Shown here: piece by piece, positions 52,708-64,000 of the stretch
Layout of the letters: the number at the start of each line of letters is the position of its first letter
How positions within the stretch are numbered: position 1 is the stretch's first letter
Assembly: GCF_009914755.1 (NCBI RefSeq)
Contig: NC_060926.1
Strand: one strand, 5' to 3'
Source: the human T2T-CHM13v2.0 reference genome, Homo sapiens
Length of the DNA stretch: 64,000 nt
Notes under the pieces: model-generated
Databases searched by the model: none
What the model was told of the DNA's origin: nothing
The model's input: only the letters and a program-made list of their open reading frames with translations
Program-made: the position numbers and the translations under genes

Positions 52708-53586
52708 CTCATGCACGCTATTACTCTTTGGTATCCTTCCTCTCTCCTGGTTCCATAGTTAGGCTCTATGAGATGACAGAGCATCCAAACCTGGTCAGGA
52801 TACCTCAATACCCTGCAGGTATCACAAGAGGATGTAAGTGCAAAGACTGCACAGCCAGGCTGTCCAGTGCTGGAGTGTGATTCAGAGCTGTTCAGGATTC
52901 AGCTGCAGCTCCGTGTACTCATCTGGTGTTTGTACTGACTCCCTGATAATCCTAATAATTTTCTCCTAAGGAGAAACTCTCAGCTCCTGCGCATTCTGGT
53001 GCCCCCACGACAAACAGGATCAGTTTCTTCTTGCTCTGATTATTAGCAGCTGGATAATGCTTCTCTTTTGTTATCCAGTGCAATTATTCTCAGAGTTGGC
53101 TTTTGATGTATTTTGGCAATCATTTTTTAGGTTTTTGGCCTCTTATTGGTGGAAGATGCAATTCCGAGACCCCCCCATTCTCTGCTAATGAGCCAATAGA
53201 TATTTTTATGAGAATCAAACATATACCCGTAATTCAGCCAGCTACAGTAAGGCGGTGGAGTCCCAGGGAAAACCTATGATTGCTGTTTGGAAGGGATTAT
53301 TCAGAAAGGGGCTGTAAACATGAGAAGAATTCAGAAAATCCCATTGCTTTTCAGACATGTAGTCTTTTAAAATCATACTGCTAGTATAACCTTGCATATT
53401 CGTTCTCAATTCTCTCCACTCAAAATTAATTTGACTATTTTGCATTTGCTTTATAATCCACGTTGTTTGTAACTTCAAAAAAGTATGTTTTTTAGAATAC
53501 AAGTTATTAACTTGTCAATATTTCCTACCAAAGTGAAAGTAGAGACACTGTTCAATGTTATATTTCCAGAGACAACTTTATGTTGT

Positions 53587-53926
53587 TGTCCTAATCCATT
53601 TAGACTGTTATAAAAAATATATTAGACTGGGTAACTTATAAACAGCACAAATTTATTGCTCACAGTCCTGGAGGCTAGAAAATAAAATATCAAGGTGCCA
53701 ACAGATTCAGTGTTGGTGAGAGCTGGCTTTCTTTGCTTCAAAGAAGGTGCCTTCTTGCTGCATCTTCAATAGAAGAGAAACTCTCTCCTTTTGATAAGGG
53801 CACTAATCTCATTCATGACTTAATCACTTCCCAAAGAACCCGCCTCTTCATACTATCTCATTGGATGTTAAACATACTCATATTAACATATGAATTTTGG
53901 AGGGCACCAATATGCAGACCATAGCA
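53587..53926 (-). mobile_element. MaLR solo LTR (MLT1A-like)
   Basis: tgtcctaatcc ... gaccatagca. 5-bp TSD GTTGT at 53582-53586 and 53927-53931. Confidence 0.88.
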
Positions 53927-54214
53927 GTTGTCTTGCTCAAAATTAATTCCACCGAATTTGTAGAATAGCTGTTTTCATCCCTGAAAACAAATGCCCCATT
54001 TCATGTGGGAGGTTCACATTAAACTCCGTCTGAGAAGGTTGGCTGCCTAGAAGTCATGTTCATATATGACCTCAAGTGGTCATTCATTTGCTGCAAAGCC
54101 CTTTATCCCGTATCAATCTGTGGGTGAGAGGCAGAAGGGAAGTAGTGTGGAGGACTGGCTGCTACATGTCATGAACCATCTTAATAATTCTCGCAGTCTG
54201 ACTTGAAGTACTTA

Positions 54215-54330
54215 TGGCCATTTTCAATTCACAGATGAAGAAAACGAGGTCCAGAGAGGTAAAGAGCCTCGTCTAAGGTCCACACTGCTGGTAGTTAATG
54301 ACATCCAAACAATATGTCAGATACACATCA
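54215..54330 (-). mobile_element. MIR fragment
   Basis: 'acagatgaagaaaacgaggtccagagaggtaa...aaggtccacac'. Confidence 0.65.
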
Positions 54331-54654
54331 TTCCTGTAGACTTTTACTGCCTACAGGGATGGCCAAGCTGGATCCGCTGGCCCAGGCTAAGGTCTGCACT
54401 GAGTCTGCGTCAGGGCTTGGCACCCCGCTGCCATTCTGGCATGTTCATTTGTCCGTCTCACTCTTCCTGCTTCTCTTTTCCCTTTGCAAGACATGGTATT
54501 GTGCCAGCAAGGCTGAAGAAGTTCCACAAGGATGTTATAGATATGCTTTGATTGTTTTCTGGAGGTTAAGTATGTTCTCTTCTAAACTCCTTCCAGAAAG
54601 GGAGGGAGACTAAGTAGACTAAGGCCCTCAACCTCTTTGTTTTATTACAATTAT

Positions 54655-54790
54655 CGTTTTGTAAATAGCGTTTTCTTTGGTGCTTTCACACTACAACAGC
54701 AGGGTTGAGCAGCTGCAACAGATGCCATAGGAACCACAAAGCCTGAAGTATTTACACCTGCCCTTTACAGAAAAAGTTTACCAAGCCCTG
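54655..54790 (+). mobile_element. MER58-type hAT MITE fragment
   Basis: 'gctttcacactacaacagcagggttgagcagctgcaacaga...aaagcctgaagtattta...ccctttacagaaaaagttt...ccctg'. Confidence 0.75.
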
Positions 54791-55088
54791 TACTAGGAAA
54801 TCAAGGATGCCATTCTTCTTGTGTTATGAGGGCCCAGTGGAGGCCATTTCCAATTCATGCTGTTTCCTGCTTGTGTCATAAATGAAGTTAATTTATAAAC
54901 TCGGCTTTAGGCTCTTTATTGATATAACAGAGCTCAAATGGGCACTGCTTAGGTGCTAGATTTAAAAAAACGAAGTGAGAGAGAGAGAGGCACAGAGAAA
55001 ACCTTTATTGTTTATCATTTACCATCTATATAAGAATGGTGTGCAGGGCACACTGGTGCACAGATGAGGAAGTATATTATTTTTTCTG

Positions 55089-55813
55089 TGAGTCAGAAGA
55101 GATACGAATTGGAGGTTTGAATGTGGCTGATGAAGGAGGAGTAGAAGTTCTTCAGGGAAAGTAGAAGAGAGAGCAACCTCGGAAAGAGAAACAAGAGAGA
55201 GGAGTGGCCAAGAGAAACAGCAGTGAGTGTGGCAAGTGGGTCACTGGCTCAGGAGCATGGCAGCGAGGAGTACAGAAAACCACTGAGACATTTTAGGCAA
55301 GAAAGGGTATGATGTTTTGAGTGGGACTGAGATGATGACTCAGCAGTTTGACAGCACATGTAATGATCTCTATTTACCACGAATCCCTTTTCCAGGTGCC
55401 TAGCACAATCCTACACACATAGAATTTGTTTCATACGTACGCATGTGACCTGTCATTACTGAAAGTATTTAGAGTTAGTTCTATCTCCCAGCACTGAAAG
55501 CAGTGACTCAGACCCGCTGCTTTTGGGGCTCTGAGCCAATTCGCGACACCGTCCGTGAATCCACATGATGCGCAGAAGGAGGGGTAGATTATCCTGATGC
55601 TAAATTCCCTATTGTCCTTTAAACTGTAGGATAGAATTGTAGAAGTCATGTGGCTGAGCTACATTAGAAAGAACAAGCACAAACTATCTGTTAAGAGTAG
55701 TAAAAATATCTTTATTTGGAGAAATGCTCAATCTAATTTCTGAATTTCTTGGCTAGGGAGCAAAGACATTAAATAAACGTAAGATATTATTATGAATGCA
55801 ATAAACTGAGTCA
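55089..55813. promoter_or_regulatory. Candidate AP-1 / CNC-sMAF enhancer
   Basis: TGA(C/G)TCA at 55089, 55336, 55504 and 55807. ATGACTCAGCA at 55335-55345. Local CpG retention at 55435-55575. Motif evidence only. Confidence 0.4.
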
Positions 55814-56900
55814 TTACCTTTTTATGAGAGAAGAAGAGATACACTGAATAGTGTTCCTTCAGACGGAAAGCAAATTAAAAATAGAGTCTAATAATTATAC
55901 TTAAACTCACCTTTGTTCTTGCGGCATAGACTATTTAGGGTCAGGGTCACTTAAAATATTCTGGCAGTCACACCACTGTTTCCTATTATTCTTTGATTCT
56001 AAGACATCCATATGATGTCTACTAACGGTCACAATTAAGAATGGCTACTAATGATGAAGCTCACTGCACACCTGTGCTTGCACTGGACATAGTCATATTC
56101 ACCGTCTTTAATCCTGACAACCTCTCATTCAACTATGTTCAGTGCAGGGAACTGATTCAGGTTGTTCACTATTACCGGTGAGTACGGGTTTAAATATGCA
56201 CATGGCTATTACATGTGCATAATGCCTGGAGTTCTGGAGTAAAAGACAGGGATAATCTTAGAGATGGGGAAGACACTCTGGTGGTAGAAACGACATGATT
56301 CGTTTAAATAAAACTCAAATTTTCGAAGCACAGTTGACTGCTGGTTTTAGTCTCTGTTTATTGGAATTTGGACGTCAGCGTGCCTTGGACTTGGATTGTT
56401 TGTTTTACCACCATGACCCCAGAGCCAAGAGAGCATATGCTCAATAAATATCGGTTGAATGAACAAACAAATAAGCAAATTATTAATTAATAATTAATGG
56501 AAGATTTTTATTTGTCAACATAATTGCCAATAATTTCTTCTAAAACATGGTTTTCTAGTACAATTAAAATGGCCACATTTGTTAAGTAATGCAACAAACA
56601 AAAATCCTGTTTTAACACACACCTTTTCTCCAAGGCAAGCAATATATAAATAATAACAAAAACCCAAACTCTAAATATCTTTAAAACTGTGTTATGCCAA
56701 CAAACCCTTAAATGGCTTCTCATGTGCATTTTGTTAACTTTGTAACACCTGTATAATAAGGACATTGGATTTCCTGTATGCATCAGAGAGCCACAATATC
56801 CATTCGATGCCTCCAGAAATAAATATGTATCTACAGACCATTCCTTCAGCAAAATAACGATAAATCTAGCAGATTCTCTACATACACGTTCGTTTTCTAA

Positions 56901-57248
<348 letters not shown>

Positions 57249-57477
57249 GTGACATGGTTTTCAAAGCACCAAGTGTTCTTGATTTTATTCTGTTCACTGA
57301 ATGTATATCTTTCAACAAATATTTTCTATACAATTTCTTAAGATAAAAGATCCTATCTAGTTATTGTAAAGCATCCTATTCAAATTTCCAGGGATCTAGA
57401 CTTTGGGAATTGGTACCACATTATATTTTTGGGGATATCCACTAAAACAACTATGTACATTTTCATGGTATTTAATA

Positions 57478-57973
57478 TCATGCTGCTATAAAGACACATG
57501 CACACATATGTTTATTGCGGCACTATTCACAATAGCAAAGACTTGGAACCAACCTAAATGTCCAACAACGATAGACTGGATTAAGAAAATGTGGCACATA
57601 TACACCATGGAATACTATGCAGCCATAAAAAATGATGAGTTCATGTCCTTTGTAGGGACTTGGATGAAACTGGAAACCATCATTCTCAGCAAACTATCCC
57701 AAGGACAAAAAACCAAACACTGCATGTTCTCACTCATAGGTGGGAATTGAACAATGAGAACACATGGACACAGGAAGGGGAACATCACACACCGGGGACT
57801 GTTGTGGGGTGGGGGGAGGGGGGAGGGATAGCATTAGGAGATATACCTAATGCTAAATGACGAGTTAATGGGTGCAGCACACCAACATGGCACATGTATA
57901 CACATGTAACTAACCTGCACATTGTGCACATGTACCCTAAAACTTAAAGTACAATAATAATAAAATTAAAAAA
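57478..57973 (+). mobile_element. 5'-truncated young L1PA (L1PA2/3-like) 3' end, ~0.5 kb
   Basis: ORF2 end ([23 protein letters not shown]...SLIGGN), G-rich 3'UTR tract, 'ctaatgctaaatgacgagttaatgggtgcagcac', A-rich tail. Confidence 0.95.
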
Positions 57974-58139
57974 GTATATATCAGTGCTTACAATCCTGCC
58001 TACAGACAGTCACTACCCCACTCTCAGGAGGGCTTACGTTTGAAGTCTGTCTGCTTTGCCCCAAGGTTTTCACTATGCTCTTCTCATGAAATATTTAACA
58101 CGAAATAGAAATAAATTATTGCTTGGGAATAATCCGCCA

Positions 58140-58750
58140 GGAGATGCGGGCCTAAGCAGGGTGGCGGGACCAAATGAGCCATAACATGAACAAACTGATA
58201 CACATTCCTGGCCAGCCTGTCCAGCTGTGGGCAGTGACACACTCCCATTCTCCAGACTATGAAAGAAGACCTCTGACCCTTCTGGGCCCAGACCTCAGGT
58301 CTCCCCGAGCCAGAATTGTGACCTAGTGTAACACCCCCTTGGGGTTCTGCAGTTGCTGACATCTCAGGTTTTTGGGTGCCACTATGTCCCCTTTGTCCAG
58401 ATGCCACTACCCAAAGCAGAAGATGCTTGAGGCATGCCTGGTCCAGCCACAACCTTGCACAGGGCTCACACCTATGCTGGTGGCTGGAGCTGCTTGCCCC
58501 ATTGCAGCAGCCAGTGTGTCTGGCTGTGCACTATGGCCAGACCCCACGCTCACTTCCTTACACACCCCTCACCACTCTGCACCTGGCTCATCCAAGGTGA
58601 GAGTGGAATCTGGGCCAATAGCATGAGCCAAGAACAGCCTGCCAGGCAAGTCGGCAGAGCCAGCTCAGTGGTCACAAGTGAAACTTGGGGACAGGAGCCA
58701 CCAGCCACTGAAGTTTCCACATGGTGAAGTGGCACAAAAAGAATCCTGAG
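58140..58750 (+). mobile_element. MER52-type ERV1 LTR fragment
   Basis: GC-rich, with 'cccagacctcagg...tgtaacacccccttggggttctgcagttgctg...cctggtccagccaca...ggccagaccccacgctcac...gcctgccagg'. Confidence 0.8.
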
Positions 58751-58751
58751 C

Positions 58752-59124
58752 CACTGTGACCTGAGTGTTTGTCTCTCCCCCAGATTCACAGGTCAAAATG
58801 TAGTCACTGATGTGATGTTATTAGGAAGTACAGCCTTTGGGAGCTGATTAAATGGTTACAAGATTAAAGGGTCTCCTCCCCATAAATGGATCAGTGCCCT
58901 TCTAAAAGAGACCTGAGAGAGACCCTTCACTTCTTCCACCACATGAGTTCATAGAAAGAAATTGCCTCAATTATCCAGAAGGTGGCCTCTCACCAGACTC
59001 TGCATCGACTGGCTCCTTGACCTTGGACTTCCCAGCCCCCAGAATTATGAGAAGCAAATTTCTGTTGTGTATAAGGTGCCTCATTTATGACATTTTTTTA
59101 CAGCAGCCAAAATACACTAAGAGG
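58752..59124 (+). mobile_element. MaLR solo LTR (MLT1A0-like)
   Basis: 'tgagtgtttgtc...gccttt gggag...ccttgaccttggacttcccagcc...atttctgttg...agcagccaaaatacactaaga'. Confidence 0.82.
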
Positions 59125-59899
59125 CAGGGTCACCGAAACCTTTGCAAAGTGGAGAGGTAGTTTTCAGAGAGAAATCCGCAGGGCTTTCCCCCCAGAAAGA
59201 GATGGGCACTGGGAAGACAAGCAAAACAGGCAAGTTTCCAGCAGGGAAAGGAAGCCACATTTTTCTTCAGTGTGTAGGCAGACCACTTGAATCTCCTTGG
59301 TTTTGGAGTCTTCCCAGTAGATTAAACATGGCTTTTGTGTATCACTGATATCACTGAATTGGATTCAGTGATCATTTAGAAAGCCTGTCGTGAGGCTAGA
59401 TGAATATTATCAGGTTGACTGTATCTAGTATACCTCTAGAGAATAAAAACCCAACATTATGTACTAATTTCAAATCAAGCAAAATGCTTTTCTTGATTGT
59501 GATAACACAGTACAGAATTTTTGGTATCATAGGGTCAACTTATTAATGCCCATTATTGCAAATTGCTCTAGGCCCAGGAGATAAGATAGAACTAGACCTG
59601 TAAATTATGTATTGTCTCTAAAATATATCATTGAAATAAAAAAAAAAACCTGCAGGCAGATGATGTTTTTGGATGTGTCTAGTAGTTGATATGTGTAGCA
59701 CCCCACAGGATGTTTTTTTCAGAAAGAATCACCAGTAAACCACATGAATCCAAAGTGGAATATGGCTCAGCTGTTTTCCACTTATATGAAGTTAGGGTAA
59801 TGATTAACTGGATGGAGCCTGGCAGAGGGAAGGGGTTGGGGAGATTGCGAGGGGAGGAGATGGAAGGAAGTGAGAAGAGGGATGATGGTAAGTTCCGTA

Positions 59900-60005
59900 A
59901 ATGTAGAATGTTCAAGTTAGAAGGTACCTTAGAGATTATTTAGTGTAAGATTCTTGTTTTATAGATGAGAAAACTGAGGACCAGAGTGGGGAGGTCTTTA
60001 AGATC
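59900..60005 (-). mobile_element. MIR fragment (another at ~61100-61300, + strand)
   Basis: 'gttttatagatgagaaaactgagg'. The second copy reads 'gggttcaagtcct...gctatgt...ctctgagcttt...catct'. Confidence 0.6.
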
Positions 60006-61600
60006 TTATATAATACTTGAGATGCTTTACTTTTTAAAGTCCTAAAGGAAGGATGGATTATTTGGATTTCCAAAGACCTATTTCATAGGGAAAGAAGCCC
60101 AGTAGTGTACGAGAAGAAATCCCAGAAGAAGAAGAGTTAATAAGCTGAAAAAAATTATGCAAGACTTTGCTCTTGTTTGGTTGCAAAATTCAAATTCTAT
60201 TAATTCTACCTTTACTGACTTGCATTTTATATACTACTTAGAAGAATTTATCTGGCTGGAGACCACAGCTTACTTGTTCTTGTGAGAAAAAGAGTATGCT
60301 CTTCAAAAACTGTAAAAGGAAGAATTAATGAAACATAAGAAAAAATTTCTTTAATGGACTTTATTTGTGTATGTACTTATACATCTATAAACACAAATAA
60401 AATCACAATAAATTTGTTTAGGTAAAGTAGCTCCTCTTGAAGCCTCCGTTTCAAGCTAGTACATTTTCTTTCCTGTTGATCTTGATGTTTACTTCCTAGG
60501 TTTCAGGTACACTACTTTGAGGAATCATGATGTTTTTTCACAAGTGTTAATTAAGTAAATTTCTAAATCATTTACATTTATGAATGTTATTCATTTCTTC
60601 ATAGGTGGGAATGGAGGAAACATTTGAATAGATCGGTGTTTGAGCATCCTAGCTTAGTTGAGAATCTGTGCTCAGCTATGCAGACTTTAAACTCTTCTTC
60701 CTTAGCCATGCCCAAATCCCAAACCTTGGCAATGAATGTGCATTTTTCCCTTTATCTCATTTTATTCAGCCTCTGTGTATCACAGGATTTTTGTCCAAGG
60801 ATTAAGTCTTTCCGTGTATCTTGTATGCCTCATTCAAAAATCTACAAAGATCTGAGGAGTTTCGTCCTTCCAAACATAATCATTTGCCTTACTCTGAGCT
60901 TGGTTCAGCCTTGTCTAAGAATGCACTTCCTCTGGTTTCTGGAAGAGTAAATAGAATGAAAGGAAGTACAATTTCCATCTAACATGATAGTAGCAGTCCC
61001 CTTGGCATTATGACAGCATATTGAAACGTATGAGTGACATTCTTTTACTAGAAAATCAATAATTCTTTGCATCGATTTCACTGAGCAATGCACAATGGAA
61101 AGAGATGGGGAATCAGACGTGGGTTCAAGTCCTTGCTCTAGAGTTCTTTGGCTATGTATTTTCAGACAAGCTGTGTCATTGCTCTGAGCTTTAGTGACTT
61201 CATCTACACACAGGGATTACGACGATACCCTCCTCACATGATCATCATGATAATCAAATATAAGGATTTCTTTTTGTGAACTAAATTATGCTAGCAAATA
61301 AGTTGTCATGGTAAATATCTCCAAAACTAAGGTTTTTTTTTGGATATGCAGATCAGGCTTTATTAGTTATAAAACACCAATGGAAATTTAGTAACTGAGA
61401 TAACAGCCTAGTACTTTTTTTCTCTAGAATAATTTATGTTTCATGAGGTATTCTTTAAAAAAAAACTTCTCAAGATATTAGTATTAAATTAGACAAAATA
61501 ATTAATTCTGAAATAATTACCCAAACAATTAGATTGATTGAAATATCTCTAGTGAGAATGAGTTAATTGAAAGCTAGGGGCTATTTGTAAGCAAAACTGT

Positions 61601-61752
61601 TCTCTCTCTCTCTCGCTCTTTCTCTCTCTCTCTCTTTCCTCTCTCTGTGTGTGTGTGTGTGTGTATAATTTGCATATATGTAGATGGATGGTTGGGTGGA
61701 TGGATAGATGGATGGATGGATAGAAAGATTGATGGATAGATAGGTAGGTAGA
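61601..61752. repeat. Compound (CT)n(GT)n plus (GGAT)n microsatellites
   Basis: Read directly. Confidence 0.93.
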
Positions 61753-62659
61753 CAATGGTATGGACTCCTTTAGAAGAAAAGAATGGGAAGGTAGGAAAAG
61801 GGAACGGTGGGTTCAAAACAGAGCTTCTTGACCCTGGGGTTTGGGGTGGGGTGAAAACCAGTAGAATTCTAGGGAGTATACTCTAAGAAAGTTTCAAGAA
61901 AATTCTGACATCAATTTTGCATGATTTAGACTTTCACCTGTAAATGTCCTATCTTTGCAAAAACAATTAAGGAAAACTTAAACTAGTTACAAAGAGTCAC
62001 TTTGGTCTTTCTCCTCCAAATAATCTCTCGATTGCCTCAAATTTAAGCTTTCTGAACCATGAGTCTGATGATGTCACTTTGGGATGCCAGTCCCTCTCTG
62101 CCTCCCGATGGCCAGAAAATGTAAAAAGTTATTCAACGTGGTGTTTGAGAGCCTCTAAGTAGGGTGCCAGTTTACAGACCTGTCCTTTAATCTTAATCAT
62201 CATACCCCTTTTCCTTTTTGAATTTCCTGAGCATAGGGTATCTTCCTTTATAAAACCTCCTTAACACTATTTATTAACATTTAAGGCAACAGAAACCAAA
62301 CCCAAATACACTTAAACAAAAAAAGGAAATATTTGTCTCCCGTAACTGGGAAACAGGAGGATGGCTGGCTTTAGACCCTGTTGGAATCTGAGCTCAAGAA
62401 ACCTTTCTCTCTCCATCTCTTACCCCTGCCTCCTTGTTTGGCTTTGCTCCTTCTTCTCACTGCATTTGGCTTTCACCCGGCAGCCAGGTAATAATTCTTC
62501 AGGCACCATTGCCTTAAAATTCAGAAACTCAGGGGACAAAAGAAACTTCTGTCCACACCAGGGACCAAGGATCAAGCCTCAGGGAAGACACAGGCCCTCC
62601 GTGGGCTGAGAGGGGGCAGGAGAGACAGCAACAGTTCACGAGATCTCAAAATATGGAGT

Positions 62660-62694
62660 CCCTCAGTCATGGCTGTCCAGAGAACAGAAGCAAG

Positions 62695-62741
<47 letters not shown>

Positions 62742-63406
62742 GCGCATACAGAGAGAGAAAGAGAGAGAGAGATTTTTAGGAATAGTCTGATGTGATTATG
62801 GAGACTGGGGGGTCTGCCAGCAGGTTGGAGACGCAGGAACAGCTGATGTTGCAGTTGAAGCTCAGAGACTGGCTCCTGGCAGATTTTCTCTTTGCTCAGC
62901 GGAGATTAGTCTTTTGTTCTACTCAGGCCCTCAACTGACTGGATGAGGCCCACCACTTTAGGGAGAGAAATTTGCTTTACTCAAAATCCACAAATTTAAG
63001 TGTAAATCTCATCCAAAAACACTCTCAGAGAAACATCCAGAATAATGTTTGTTTGTTTGTTTTTTGACAGAGTCTCACTCTGTCACCCAGGCTGGAGTGC
63101 AGTGGTGCGATCTAAGCTCATGGCAAACTCCGTCTCCTGGTCTCAAGTGATTCTCATTCCTCACCCTCCCAAGTGGCTGAGATTACAGGCGCCCACCATC
63201 ACACCCAGCTAATTTTTGTACTTTTAGTAGTGACCAGGTTTCAGCATGTTTTCTAAACTGGTCTCGAACTCCTGACCTCCACCCGCCTCGGCGTCCCAAA
63301 GTGCTGGGATTACAGGCGTGAGCCACCATGCAGAGCTCCAGAATAATGTTTAACCAAATATCTAGATACCTGGGCTCAGCTAAGTTGACATAATGTAACC
63401 AGCACC
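62660..63406 (-). mobile_element. MLT2 (ERVL) LTR containing (TG)n(GA)n and a nested Alu
   Basis: 'tccagagaacagaa...gattatggagactg...caggccctcaactgactggatgaggcccacc...aagttgacata...aaccagcac'. An older MLT1-like remnant precedes it at ~62260-62600. Confidence 0.82.
63051..63336 (-). mobile_element. Alu (AluS-like)
   Basis: Antisense dimer with a (GTTT)n tail. Perfect 15-bp TSD tccagaataatgttt at 63036-63050 and 63337-63351. Confidence 0.95.
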
Positions 63407-64000
63407 GGGAGCTTACTTTGCAAAGAAAATGCAGACTGTGTTACCAGATGACAGGGGGAATTGTTTTAGGTGTATATTATTCACTTATCCTCACTTTTAT
63501 AGCACATATTTATTCTGACACACACACACGTAGACACATACACACACATACACGTTAGGTCTCTACTAAATTCAGAGCCTTTCCTTTGGGGGGATCTAGA
63601 GAGTCACATATCTTTTATTATTACCTTTCGCATCTTATAAAGTATACCACACAAAGTAGAGAACAATAGAAATAACTGTTTGATAAACTGGAGTAATTGA
63701 AGTGTAACTGAAACAACACAAATAAAGTCACCAGGAGACCTAAGTACGTGATGACTTCACCTTTGTTTTGCAGAAGAAAAAGGAAAACAGCAGAGCTGAT
63801 GGCCAATTGGAGGGTCTTCAAGTGTCCCACTACCCTTTCCATTCCATGATGGAGAAATGAGGGTAAGAAGCACTGTTTACATTTTATGACTGTCTTGAAC
63901 AGGGGCAATTACCTGACAAGTTTAAATGGTTTCTAAGTCCTTGTTTTTGTTCCCTAGTGTAGAAGATAGGTTTTGAGATGGCAATACATTCATTTATTTG

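Noticed and set aside
58084-58789. GC-rich ORF cluster or possible promoter island
   Set aside because: It is explained by the MER52 LTR fragment, and it is CpG-depleted.

Overview
This window is primate (very probably human) AT-rich, CpG-depleted, non-coding genomic DNA, either intergenic or deep intronic. I could not identify the locus. Roughly half of it is recognisable interspersed repeat: L1s of several ages (L1PA, L1PB, L1MA, L1MB, L1MC-type), eight Alus, MaLR/ERVL/ERV1 solo LTRs, DNA-transposon fossils (a full-length Tigger1, Tigger3a, MER2, MADE1, MER5, MER58, Charlie1), and MIR/L2 remnants, plus many simple repeats. No intact protein-coding gene, rRNA, tRNA or CRISPR array is supported. 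The recognisable ORFs in the track are broken L1 ORF2 or Tigger transposase fragments, antisense Alu frames, or low-complexity noise. I see no evidence of a new multi-gene system. The most unusual signals are: (1) a 100%-identical 156-bp local duplication whose junctions record a templated insertion (microhomology, fold-back and 9-bp target duplication); (2) a 30-bp copy that reconstructs the empty, pre-AluY site; (3) four AP-1 sites, one of them a perfect NRF2/BACH-type element, within about 0.73 kb; (4) a 32-bp VNTR carrying a TATA box and an E-box in each unit; (5) a TSD-bounded L1MA whose 5'UTR is fused directly to the ORF2 3' end. Repeat subfamily names come from recalled consensus motifs, and boundaries without a quoted TSD are approximate.
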